DNA of 64,000 nt from an uncultured beta proteobacterium (GTDB lineage Bacteria; Pseudomonadota; Gammaproteobacteria; Burkholderiales; Casimicrobiaceae), in NCBI GenBank assembly GCA_963725735.1, contig CAVRZM010000014.1:273668-337667 (forward strand), read 5' to 3'. Positions 9,881 to 22,899 of this stretch are shown here, piece by piece. The notes under the pieces are model-generated. The model had not been told where the DNA came from, did not search any database, and saw nothing but the letters and a program-made list of their open reading frames with translations. Position 1 is the stretch's first letter. Every line of letters begins with the position of its first letter. The position numbers and the translations under genes are program-made.

Positions 9881-11335
9881 ATGGCCCAGCGCATTCCGGA
9901 CGGCACCGACCTCGCCGGCTTTCGCATCGAATCGCTGCTGCACGAAGGCGGGAACGGATACGTCTACAAGGCGACGCCGCCACCGGGCCGCGACCCGGGG
10001 TTCCCGCTCGTCGTGAAGGTGCCGGGCCTCGGCGCCGGCGAATCGGCGCTCGGTCTCGTGAGCTTCGAGATCGAGCAGATGATCCATCCGGTGCTCACGG
10101 GCGCGCACGTGCCGCGTGTGGTGGCGGCGGGCACCGCGGGCGTGCTGCCGTACATTGCAATGGAGCGCGTCGAGGGCGAACCGTTGACGTCGGTGATGGC
10201 GCGCGCACCGCTGCCGCCCGACGAGGTGGCGCGCATCGGCGCCGCGCTCGCCGACGCGTTGCACAGCGTGCACCGGCAGGACGTCGTGCACCACGACGTC
10301 AAGCCTGAGAATTTTCTGCTGCGCCCCGACGGCAACGCGGTGCTGCTGGACTTCGGCTATGCCCATCACCGCAACTTCCCCGACCTGCTCGCGGAGGAAT
10401 CGCACCATGCGGCCGGCTCCGCGGCCTACGTCTCGCCGGAACAGCTGAAGGACGAGCGCGGCGACGCGCGCAGCGACGTCTTCGCGCTCGGCGTGCTGCT
10501 CTACGCGCTTGCCACCGGCGAGCTGCCGTTCGGCGAGCCGTCGACGCTGACCGGGATGCGCGATCGTCTCTGGCGCGAACCCGCGCCTCCCCGCAGCATC
10601 GTGCCGGCAATCCCCGCGTGGCTGCAGGAGGTCATCCTGCGTGCGCTCGAGGTCGACCCTGCGCAGCGCTACACGACCGCCGCGCACGTCGCGTTCGATC
10701 TGCGGCATCCCGACCAGGTGCCGGTCACCGAGCGCGGCGAGCGCGCGTCGGGGCGTGGCTTCGTGACGCACGCGCGCAACTGGTGGCGCGCGCGCTACCG
10801 GGACGGCGCGCTGCCGCAGCGCGGCGCTGCCGCGGCGCAGGCGCCTGTGATCATGGTCGCGGTCGACACCGAACACCCCGACGACGCGCGCCATGTCGCA
10901 ATGCAGGCGACGACCAAGTCGATCGTGTCGCTGTCGGCGGATTTCCGCCTGATGTTCGTGTCGGTGATCCGGGCAGTGCCGCTGGGCGAAGGCGCGCGCC
11001 TGGAGGAGACCGCGTCGGGCAAGCAGCTCGAGCATCGCAATCGGCTACGGCACTGGATCGAGCCGCTGCGCCTGCCGCCGAGCCGCCACTCGCTGCACGT
11101 CATCGAGTCGGACGATCCCGCCGAGACGCTGCTCGAGCTCGCGCGTGCCAACAACGTCGACCTGATCGTGATCGGGGCGCCCGGGCCGTCGACGCTCTCG
11201 CTCGCGTGGTGGCGCTCGATCGCCTCGACCGTCACCGCCAACGCGGCATGCAGCGTGCACATCGTGCGCGTGCCGGAGCGGCCGCAGGATGGCCTGGAGA
11301 TCGCGGGCAATCCGTTACCGTTGCCGGGCGTCTAG
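9881..11335 (+). CDS. Hanks-type Ser/Thr protein kinase fused to a C-terminal universal stress protein domain
   Basis: VVK, HHDVKPEN, LLDFG, YVSPEQ, SDVFALG; C-terminal IMVAVD...VDLIVIGA...STVTANAACSVHIVR. Confidence 0.9.
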   Translation: MAQRIPDGTDLAGFRIESLLHEGGNGYVYKATPPPGRDPGFPLVVKVPGLGAGESALGLVSFEIEQMIHPVLTGAHVPRVVAAGTAGVLPYIAMERVEGEPLTSVMARAPLPPDEVARIGAALADALHSVHRQDVVHHDVKPENFLLRPDGNAVLLDFGYAHHRNFPDLLAEESHHAAGSAAYVSPEQLKDERGDARSDVFALGVLLYALATGELPFGEPSTLTGMRDRLWREPAPPRSIVPAIPAWLQEVILRALEVDPAQRYTTAAHVAFDLRHPDQVPVTERGERASGRGFVTHARNWWRARYRDGALPQRGAAAAQAPVIMVAVDTEHPDDARHVAMQATTKSIVSLSADFRLMFVSVIRAVPLGEGARLEETASGKQLEHRNRLRHWIEPLRLPPSRHSLHVIESDDPAETLLELARANNVDLIVIGAPGPSTLSLAWWRSIASTVTANAACSVHIVRVPERPQDGLEIAGNPLPLPGV

Positions 11336-11368
11336 CCCGTGCCGGGGGATGCGGCCGGATAGTGAGCG

Positions 11369-11863
11369 CTAACCCCGGGCGGCGAGCAGCAGCTCGCGCG
11401 TGCGCTCGACCAGCAGTCGCGTCGCGTCGCGATCGAGCTTCTTCAGCAGCGCCTCCGTGTAGGCGGGAAGCAGGTTGATGAGGTCCTCGACCGCCGAGCA
11501 GCGCTCGAGCTTCAGCGTGAACCCGAACGCCCGAATGCCCAGCGCATCGACGATCGTCTCGTTCATGAACGTCTTCGCGACGCGGAAGTTCACGAGCCGG
11601 TCTTCCGTGCTGAGCGTCGCCGTCGGTGGCGGCGGCGCCACCGTTCCGCCGGTGCCGACCTCGGCCACGTAGCCCGCGGCCACGAGCTGGTCGATCGCGT
11701 CGATCGGCGCGCCGAGCTGCCGTATCTGCTGCTCGATATCGACTGCCGGCTTGTTGGCGTCGATCAGGAACAGGACGGTGCGCAGCTTGCCGCGGAGCGA
11801 CTTGCCGCCTTGCGCGATCTCGGCCTGACCCTTCGCGGTCCGCCCGAAACGTCGACTGTCCAT
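11369..11863 (-). CDS. Hypothetical protein, possible winged-helix-like N-terminus
   Basis: 164 aa ORF with normal composition, GGAGAG RBS; RTAKGQAEI...LRTVLFLID. Confidence 0.75.
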   Translation of the reverse strand: MDSRRFGRTAKGQAEIAQGGKSLRGKLRTVLFLIDANKPAVDIEQQIRQLGAPIDAIDQLVAAGYVAEVGTGGTVAPPPPTATLSTEDRLVNFRVAKTFMNETIVDALGIRAFGFTLKLERCSAVEDLINLLPAYTEALLKKLDRDATRLLVERTRELLLAARG

Positions 11864-12007
11864 TGCTCTCCCAAGGGCCGGGTGGTGCCGGTCGTCGCCG
11901 TACTGGTTGCGCGCCGCGCAGGTGTTGCCCCGGCTCCTCTCGTGAACCGATCATAAAGCAATGCGCGGCTACCCGGGAAGCGTTGGCGCCACCCGCACCC
12001 TTTGCGT

Positions 12008-12023
12008 TGCAGATTCTGTGCCA
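12008..12023 (-). promoter_or_regulatory. Putative sigma-54 promoter
   Basis: Minus strand TGGCACAGAATCTGCA, i.e. GG-N10-GC with TGGCAC -24 element. Confidence 0.55.
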
Positions 12024-12045
12024 CGCATGGCACGTGGCACGCGCG

Positions 12046-12885
12046 CTACAACCCGAGCCAGGCGATGGTGGCCGCTTCCACGTCGGCGCTGGGCGCGACG
12101 AACCCCCGATAGCTGACTGCCTCCAGCGCATCGCGGCCGGGCTTCTGATCGCGGGCCCCCAGCAGCGCGTCGCGGATCTTTTGCTGCTCGTCGGGCGGCA
12201 TCTTCACCGAAACGATCACCTGCTTGATCGGCACCGCGCGGGAACGCGCGAGCACCTTGCCGCCCTTGTCGGTCCACGCCTTCACCACGGCGTTGGCCGC
12301 CGTCGCGCCCACCTGGGCGAAGCCATTCTCGAGGTAGAACGGCACGGCGTCCTGATAGCGCGTCGTGATGACGCGCACCGTGCCGGGTGAAGGCTCCCGT
12401 TCCCCGGTCGCGGTGAGCTTCTCGCCGCGGAACATCGCGCGCACCATCACCGCGGTGATGGAATCGGGGTCGGGCGTCACCAGCGTGCGCCCGTTGAGGT
12501 CGGCCATCGACTTCACCGTGCCGTTGGCCGGCATCAGGAAGGACACGGTGTATTCGGTGTAGCCCGTGGTCCATACCAGGCTCTTGTAGCGACCCTTGCG
12601 GATCTCGGCCATCGAGACGTGCGCGGGATGCACGAACGCGATGTCGTACTCCTGCTTCGCGAGGCCCGCGCGCAGGTCGTCGTAGGCCGGCACGATCACC
12701 GTCCTCACCTTGCGTCCCGCGGCCTTGCCGATCAACTCGGCGAGCGGCGCGAACTTGTCACGGATTTCCTTGGGCGTCGCCTGGTAGGTGACGCCTTCGG
12801 TCACGGCGAAGACGAGCTCGCCCCCTTGCGCGAACGCGCTCCCCACGACGGCCCACAGGCACAACGCCGCCCAATGTATCGTCAT
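12046..12885 (-). CDS. PhnD/SsuA-type periplasmic substrate-binding protein
   Basis: Signal peptide (AFA/Q), FAPLAELIGKA, YDIAFVHP, DLNGRT...DPDSIT. Confidence 0.8.
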   Translation of the reverse strand: MTIHWAALCLWAVVGSAFAQGGELVFAVTEGVTYQATPKEIRDKFAPLAELIGKAAGRKVRTVIVPAYDDLRAGLAKQEYDIAFVHPAHVSMAEIRKGRYKSLVWTTGYTEYTVSFLMPANGTVKSMADLNGRTLVTPDPDSITAVMVRAMFRGEKLTATGEREPSPGTVRVITTRYQDAVPFYLENGFAQVGATAANAVVKAWTDKGGKVLARSRAVPIKQVIVSVKMPPDEQQKIRDALLGARDQKPGRDALEAVSYRGFVAPSADVEAATIAWLGL

Positions 12886-13009
12886 CAAACATTTCCTCCT
12901 CGCCGCGCCGGCCCGCGGTGGCATGCGGCGGCCCCCGTTGTGAGCGGCGCCGCGCGATGTTATGGTGCCCGCGCGTGGACGGCGCGATCAATCGTGCCCT
13001 TCACGTACG

Positions 13010-13261
13010 ATGTCCAAGCTGCTTCTGTTGCTCGCCATTATTGTCGTGGCCGTGCTCCTCGTCCGGCGGTTGCTGAACATCGCCGGCGGACGAGGCACGC
13101 ATGCACCGCCGGATGCGCAGCCACCGGCGGAGACGCCGGCGGCGCCGGATGCGAAGCTCGTGCGCTGCGTGCAGTGCGGCGCGTTCGTGCCGAAGACCGA
13201 CGCGCTGCCGGCGGGGAACGGCTTTCGGTGCGGCGGCGCCGGCTGCGCGGCGTCGCACTGA
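13010..13261 (+). CDS. PP0621-family small membrane-anchored Cys-motif protein
   Basis: N-terminal TM, LVRCVQCGAFVP...FRC...C. Confidence 0.75.
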   Translation: MSKLLLLLAIIVVAVLLVRRLLNIAGGRGTHAPPDAQPPAETPAAPDAKLVRCVQCGAFVPKTDALPAGNGFRCGGAGCAASH

Positions 13262-13277
13262 ACCCGCGACACGCCCA

Positions 13278-13691
13278 TCACGCGCACACGCTCTCGACGA
13301 GATTGCCGCGCACGAGCGGCTGCCATTCGCCGTCGACCAGCCGGAACAGCTCGAAGCCGTTGCTGTAGACGATCGTGCCGTCGTGCGCGACGTCGAAGCT
13401 CACGACGTGTCGGGCGGACGCGAACTCCTGTCCCTTGCGATTGCGGCACACGAGCTCCCACGACGCCGACACGAGGCCGCCGCCGCGCCGGTTCTCGTAG
13501 CGCACCTCGCGCAGCGCCACCGTGCGGCCGCGGTCGTCCTCGGGGTTGGTCGCGGTCTTCCAGCCGTCGATCTGCCGGCTGCGCTCGTTGCGCCGCACCG
13601 CGTCCTGCACGAACGGCGACATCACGATGCGCGTGGCGCCCTGCGCATCCGCGCAGGCCAGCTGCCCCTCGGCGATGAACCACGTTTGCAC
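13278..13691 (-). CDS. Hypothetical protein (137 aa, beta-propeller-blade-like ends)
   Basis: GTG start with GGGGAG upstream; SWELV...VVSFDVAHDGTIVYSNG. Confidence 0.55.
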   Translation of the reverse strand: MQTWFIAEGQLACADAQGATRIVMSPFVQDAVRRNERSRQIDGWKTATNPEDDRGRTVALREVRYENRRGGGLVSASWELVCRNRKGQEFASARHVVSFDVAHDGTIVYSNGFELFRLVDGEWQPLVRGNLVESVCA

Positions 13692-13741
13692 GACTCCCCC
13701 TGCGCTGCGTCCCAATGGGCAATAGATTCGCCACCACAAGC

Positions 13742-13767
13742 AAAAAGGCGGCCAATCGGCCGCCTCT
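13742..13767 (-). terminator. Rho-independent terminator downstream of the atp operon
   Basis: Minus strand AGAGGCGGCC-GATT-GGCCGCCTTTTT. Confidence 0.75.
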
Positions 13768-13868
13768 GCGTGCATTTGCGTGTTTCTATCGGTGCAAATC
13801 GTCGGGCTCCGCCCGCGATTTGCCTCACTTCAGCTGTTCATGCACCCGTCAGCGTCGTCGATTTTTCC

Positions 13869-13900
13869 AAGGGGTCGCGCCGTTAGGCTTGCGACCCCTT
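13869..13900. terminator. Hairpin just downstream of atpC
   Basis: AAGGGGTCGC...GCGACCCCTT perfect 10 bp inverted repeat, short T tail. Confidence 0.55.
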
Positions 13901-13916
13901 CTAGCTTATCTACACC

Positions 13917-14343
13917 CTACCCCGCACGATGCCGGAACTTGCGGATCGCCTCGAGCTGCGCCAGCGCCGCCGACAGCTCGGCCTGCGCCGCCGCGAGGTT
14001 CTCCGCGGAGTCCTGGTTGGCCATCGACTTCCTCGGCGCGCTTCTTCGCCTCGATCGCCTTCGCCTCGTCGAGATCGTGCGCGCGGATCGCGGTGTCGGC
14101 GAGCACCGTCACCCGGTTCGGCTGCACCTCGAGGAATCCGCCCTGCACGAACACGAACTCCTCCTGCACGCGATCGGGCACCTTGATGCGCACGGCGCCC
14201 GGCCTGATCTGCGTGAAGAGCGGCGTGTGCCGCGGATAGACGCCGAGCTCGCCCTCGATGCCGGGCAGCACGACGAACTCCGCCTCGCCCGAGTAGATCT
14301 GCTCTTCGGCGCTGACGACGTCGACGTGGATGGTGTTGGCCAT
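13917..14343 (-). CDS. atpC: ATP synthase epsilon subunit (frameshift near 3' end)
   Basis: [30 protein letters not shown]. Confidence 0.95.
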
Positions 14344-14365
14344 GTTGTGCCTGCCTGACGGTTAC

Positions 14366-15783
<1,418 letters not shown>

Positions 15784-15807
15784 CTAAGTGCAATTCGAAT
15801 TCGGGTA

Positions 15808-16699
15808 TCAAACCGCTGCCGCGCCGCCGACGATCTCGGAGAGTTCCTTGGTGATCGCCGCCTGCCGCGTCTTGTTGTAGATGAGCTGCAGCTCGTTGAT
15901 GATCTTGGCGGCGTTGTCGGAGGCCGCCTTCATCGCGACCATGCGCGCCGACTGCTCCGAGGCCATGTTCTCGTTGACCATCTGGTACACGATGGCCTCG
16001 AGGTAGCGACGCATCATGCCGTCGAGCAGCAGCCGCGCGTCCGGCTCGTAGATGTAGTCCCACGTGCCCTCGCCAATCTCGGCCTTGCGCACCTCGCCGG
16101 TGGCCGTCCGGAACTGGTGCGGGATCGGGATGATCCGGCCGTGACGCGGCTCCTGCCTCATCGTGTTGACGAAGTTGGTGTAGAAGACGTGCACCTCGTC
16201 GACCTTGGCCGCGAGGTACTCGTCGATCAGCGTCTTCACCGGCCCGATCATGCGATCGACGTGCGGGCGGTCGCCCAGCTGCACCGCGCTCGCGACCACG
16301 TTGCGCGCCCATCCGCTGCAGGAAGCCCAGGCCACGGCTGCCGATCGCGACGTAGTCGACCTCGAGGCCCTTGCCGCGCCACTCGCGATGCGCCTGCAGC
16401 ACGAGGCGCAGGATGTTCGTGTTGAGGCCTCCGCACAGACCCTTGTCCGTGGTGACCACGATGGCGCCGATGCGCTTGACCGTCTCGCGCGGCGCGAGGA
16501 AGGGATGGCGGTACTCCGTGTTCGCCTTCGCCGTGTGCAGCACGATGTTGAAGAGCTTCTCGACGTACGGGCGCGAGGCGCGCATCCGGTCCTGGGCCTT
16601 CTTCATCTTCGAGGCCGCGACCATCTCCATCGCCTTCGTGATCTTGCGCGTGCTCTGCACGCTCTTGATCTTGTTGCGGATTTCTTTCGATCCAGCCAT
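15808..16699 (-). CDS. atpG: ATP synthase gamma subunit (frameshifted)
   Basis: [38 protein letters not shown]. Confidence 0.97.
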
Positions 16700-16736
16700 C
16701 GTCAGCGTTCCACGTTGCTGCGGCGATTCATCGCAT

Positions 16737-16813
16737 CGTCGTCCCCGCGCAGGCGGGGACCCAGTGTCGTCGTTGCAGAAAGTCGCTGGGTTCCCGCCTT
16801 CGCGGGAACGACG
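16737..16813. repeat. REP/REPIN-like element: two inverted palindromic units
   Basis: CGTCGTCCCCGCGCAGGCGGGGACCCAG and CTGGGTTCCCGCCTTCGCGGGAACGACG are near reverse complements and each is internally palindromic. Confidence 0.75.
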
Positions 16814-16814
16814 C

Positions 16815-18355
16815 CTAGTAAGTGCCGTTCTTCTTGAAGTCCTCGATCGCGGCGGACAGCGCCTTCTCGTCGTCGGCGTTCATCTCCATCTTCGTCGCGA
16901 TGTTGTCCATGATCGCCGCGTACTTGGTCTTCATGAACTGGCGCAGCGCCGCTTCGAACGCGAGCGCCTTCTCCACCGGCACGTCGTCGTAGTAGCCCTT
17001 GGTGACCGCGAACAGCGTCAGCGCCTGGTCGGCCACCGACAGCGGCGAGTACTGCGGCTGCTTCATGAGCTCGGTGACGAGGCGGCCGCGGTCGAGCTGC
17101 TTGCGGGTGGCTTCGTCCAGGTCGGACGCGAACTGCGCGAACGCCGCGAGCTCGCGGTACTGCGCGAGCGACAGGCGCACGCCGCCGCCCAGCTTCTTGA
17201 TGACCTTGGTCTGCGCGTCGCCGCCCACGCGCGACACCGAGATGCCCGCGTTGATGGCCGGCCGGACGCCGGCGTTGAAGAGGTCGGTCTCGAGGAAGAT
17301 CTGGCCGTCGGTGATCGAGATCACGTTGGTCGGCACGAACGCGGTGACGTCGCCGGCCTGCGTCTCGATGATCGGCAGCGCGGTCAGCGACCCCGTCTTG
17401 CCCTTCACCTCGCCCTTGGTGAACTCCTCGACGTAGTCGGCGTTGACGCGCGCGGCGCGCTCGAGCAGGCGCGAGTGCAGGTAGAACACGTCGCCCGGAT
17501 ACGCCTCGCGGCCCGGCGGGCGGCGCAGCAGCAGCGACACCTGGCGGTAGGCCCACGCCTGCTTGGTCAGGTCGTCGTAGATGATGAGCGCGTCCTGCCC
17601 GCGGTCGCGGAAGTACTCGCCCATCGTGCAGCCGGAGTACGGCGCGATGTACTGCAGCGCGGCCGATTCCGACGCCGTGGCGGCGACGACGATGGTGTAG
17701 TCCATCGCGCCGTACTCGGTGAGCTTGGTGACCACGTTCTTGATCGACGACGCCTTCTGGCCGATGGCGACGTAGATGCAGATGAGGTCCTTGCCCTTCT
17801 GGTTGATGATCGTGTCGATCGCCACCGCGGTCTTGCCGGTCTGGCGGTCGCCGATGATGAGCTCGCGCTGGCCGCGGCCGACGGCACCATCGCGTCGATG
17901 GACTTCAACCCCGTCTGCACCGGCTGCGACACGTGCTGGCGCGCGATCACGCCCGGCGCGACCTTCTCGATGACGTCGCGCATCTTCGTGTTGACCGGGC
18001 CCTTGCCGTCGATCGGGCGACCGAGCGAGTCGACCACGCGGCCGATGAGCTCCGGCCCGACCGGCACGTCGAGGATGCGGCCCGTGCACTTGACCGTGTC
18101 GCCTTCCCTGATGTGCTCGTAGGCGCCCAGGATCACCGCGCCGACCGAGTCGCGCTCGAGGTTCAGCGCGAGGCCGAACGTGTTGTTCGGGAACTCGAGC
18201 ATCTCGCCCTGCATCGCCGAGGACAGGCCGTGGATCCGGCAGATGCCGTCGGAAATCGACACCACCGTCCCCTGCGTGCGCACTTCCGCCGCGGTGTCGA
18301 GGTGCTGGATCTTGGCCTTGATGAGTTCGCTGATTTCCGAAGGATTGAGTTGCAT
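16815..18355 (-). CDS. atpA: ATP synthase alpha subunit (frameshift near 17880)
   Basis: [40 protein letters not shown]. Confidence 0.97.
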
Positions 18356-18434
18356 GGTGTCCTCGTCTTGTCGCCGCGCAGGTGAAGCCCCGCGGCGGCC
18401 CGATGAATGGGGTGGGGTGCCGTCCCGCCGTGCC

Positions 18435-18971
18435 TTACGACCGCAGTTGGACCGCCATCGTGCGCAACTGCTCCGCGACGGTGGCATCGATCACGTTGTC
18501 GCCGACCGTCACGCGCGCGCCGCCGATGAGCTCGGGCTTGACCACCACCGTGGCGTCGACCTTCTTCCCGTACTTCCGCGCGAGCGCCGCCGTCAGGTCC
18601 GCGAGATCGGCGCCGGACAGCGGGAACGCCGTCTCGATGACCGCCTTCGCGACGCCGTCGGCCTCGTTCTTGAGCGTCTCGAACTGCGCCTGGATGTGGG
18701 GCAGGATCGCGATCCGGTCGCCTTCGATCAGCACGCGAACGAAGTTGCGGCCTTCCGCGTTGAGCCCGTCGCCGCAGATCGAGAGGATCAGCGACTCCTT
18801 GGCGGGGGCGTCGAGCCGCGGGTTGTCGAGCGCCTCGGCGATGCGCGGGTCGGCGACGACCGTGCCCGCGAGCTTCAGCATTTCCGACCAGGCCGGCAGC
18901 GCGTTCTGCTCGCGGGCGAGCGCGAACGCAGCTTCGGCGTAGGGACGGGCGATGGTGGTGAGTTCGGCCAT
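18435..18971 (-). CDS. atpH: ATP synthase delta subunit
   Basis: [32 protein letters not shown]. Confidence 0.95.
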   Translation of the reverse strand: MAELTTIARPYAEAAFALAREQNALPAWSEMLKLAGTVVADPRIAEALDNPRLDAPAKESLILSICGDGLNAEGRNFVRVLIEGDRIAILPHIQAQFETLKNEADGVAKAVIETAFPLSGADLADLTAALARKYGKKVDATVVVKPELIGGARVTVGDNVIDATVAEQLRTMAVQLRS

Positions 18972-18996
18972 GACTTCGCTTCCGGCGTGGCGTGCC

Positions 18997-19789
<793 letters not shown>

Positions 19790-19866
19790 GTTGCTGTCCT
19801 TTCAGTTGCGGGTATGTGATAGCGGTGAGCGGGAAGGAAAACGACGGATTGCGATACGAACGCGGG

Positions 19867-20674
<808 letters not shown>

Positions 20675-20700
20675 GGGAGTTTGAGTGCGGTGAGGTGAGG

Positions 20701-21084
20701 TCAGTCGCGGTCGAGAAAGGCCAAGCGGAACAGCAGCACCGTGATCACGAACGCGGCGAAGAACGCCGCGGGCACGACGTCCCGGTAGGCCGTCAGCACC
20801 AGCCAGATCTGGCGCGATGATCACGAGGATCTTGCCTGCCTCGGCCCGGAACAGCGCGGCCACCGTGCCGCCGGCGGAGGACGGGATTGGAAATCGCGAG
20901 CACGACCGCGAAGACGACGACGGCCGTGATGTTGACGATCCCCCCCAGCAGCGGCCGACAGCGCCGCATGCCCCCCTGCCCACACCCTGCGGCCACGGCG
21001 GCCATCGCGACGGTCACGATCGCCTGCCAACGGAGACGCGGCGATCGGCTGGGTCGAGAGGGGCGCTTCCATTGCTGCGCTCAT
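20701..21084 (-). CDS. atpI: ATP synthase protein I (frameshifted)
   Basis: Hydrophobic ORF fragments, LFRAEAGKILV, position before atpB. Confidence 0.75.
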
Positions 21085-21250
21085 GGGACTCGGCGCGCGT
21101 TGCTTTGTATACACTGCACGCGGCGCGCTCGGGCTACGAAGCAAACCCATGCGATTTTACTCGGTTTTCGCCCCTGTCCGGCAACGAAATGTTGCGTCGC
21201 AACGTCGCACGATCGTTCGACGCGCGGACGGGGATACGCGATGCTCGCGT

Positions 21251-21582
21251 CTAGCCGCCGGACAGCGCGCCGACGATCATGATCGCGGCGCCGGGCGGCA
21301 CGGCCGCGTCGAGGGATTGCGCTCGACGCTTCCGGTCGACGAACACCTGCACGTGCGGGCGCACCGCCCGGCTTCGTCGACCATGCGAAAGCGGATGCCC
21401 GGGTAGGCGGCATCGAGCGCCGCGAGCACGTCGGCCAGGCGCGGCTCCGGGCCCGCGATCGCGACGCTCACGTCCACCGCGCCACCGTGTCGGAGCGCAG
21501 CCGCGCGGGATGCTGACGTGGAAGTCCGGTCAGCGGACGTGCCGATGGGGGCGCCGCATTCGATACGGGCGCGAGGCGCCAT
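21251..21582 (-). CDS. MoaD/ThiS-family ubiquitin-like protein (frameshifted)
   Basis: LADVLAALDAAYPGIRFRMVDEAG and C-terminus IMIVGALSGG*. Confidence 0.8.
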
Positions 21583-21598
21583 CGCCGCGACTCGGCCG

Positions 21599-22745
21599 CT
21601 AAGCGACCTCGACCGCGTAGATGTGCGGCAGGTGCGCGGCCAGGCACTTCCACGTGCGGCCTTCGTCGCGGGTGCCCCAGACCTCGCCGGACGTCGTGCC
21701 GAAGTACACGCCCACTGTCGGATACGCATCGGCGGTCATCGCCTGCCGCTTCACGGTCCACCACGCCTGCGCCTTCGGCATGCCGACCGCCTGCCGCTTC
21801 CACGTCTTGCCGCCGTCGCGCGTCCGGTACGCGGCGGGCTTGCCGCCGGGCGACACGCGCGGCCACACGCTGGTGCCGTCCATCGGGAAGATCCACGCGG
21901 TGTCCGCGTCGTGCGGATGCGGGACCATCGGGAAGCCGACGTAGCCGACCGACTTCGGCATGCCGGTGCCGATGTCGGTCCAGCGCGTGGCCGGCCGGTC
22001 GAGGCGGAAGAGGCCGCAGTGGTTCTGCTGATAGAGCCGGTCCGGGATTGCCGCCGGCGAACCGCACGCAGTGCGGATCGTGGCCGTACTCGAGGTCGGG
22101 GTTGGGCTGGAAGTCGGCGCGCACGCCCTGGTTGAGCGGATGCCAGTCGCCGCCGCCGTCGACGGATTCGAACGTCCCGCCGCTCGACATGCTGATGTAC
22201 ATGTGCAGCGGGTCGCGCGGATCGACGAGGATCGAATGCAGCTTCGCGCCGTCCGGCGTGCCGTCCTGGTCGCCGCCGCACCAGGCCTTGCGCTGCGGAT
22301 GCGCGTTGAAGCCCGCTACACCTTCCCAGGTGGCGCCGCCGTCGTTGCTGAACGGAACAGCCCCTGCGGCGACGTGCCCGCCCACCAGACGCCGGGCTGC
22401 GACGCATGGCCGGGCGTCAGCCAGAACGTGTGGTCGACGACGCGCCCGCTGTCCGGCGCGAATTTCGGCGGCGTCGCCGCTTCCTTCCACGTGCGTCCGC
22501 CGTCGGTCGAGCGGAACACCGTCGGGCCCAGGTGGCCGGTGCTTCGCGGCCGCGAGCAGCGTCTTGCCGTCGCGCGGGTCGAGCACGGCGTGATGCACGA
22601 TGTGCCCGAGGAACTGCGGCCCCGCGAGCTTCCAGGCGCGCCGCGTGGCGTCGGACGTCAGCGTCCACAGGCCCTTGCGCGTGGCGATCAGCAGGCGCAC
22701 GCGGCGTGGCGTGACGGGGCGGGCTTTGGCGATGCGGGGGGCCAT
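21599..22745 (-). CDS. BNR/Asp-box beta-propeller protein (sialidase-like fold; frameshifted)
   Basis: Repeated S/T-x-D-G-G-x-T-W: RSTDGGRTW, SNDGGATW, ESVDGGGDW, RTRDGGKTW, TRDEGRTW. Confidence 0.88.
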
Positions 22746-22899
22746 GACGGGATCCTCCAGTGAAAGACCTGTTGTGAACCGGCGAGGGCGTTACGCTACG
22801 CCTGCCGCAAGTCTCCCCGCAAGCGCCGGGGTTGAAATTGTCGCGGCGGCCTGCAATCCTTGTCGGCCGTTTCACCACACCCCCCACGCAGGAGTTTCC

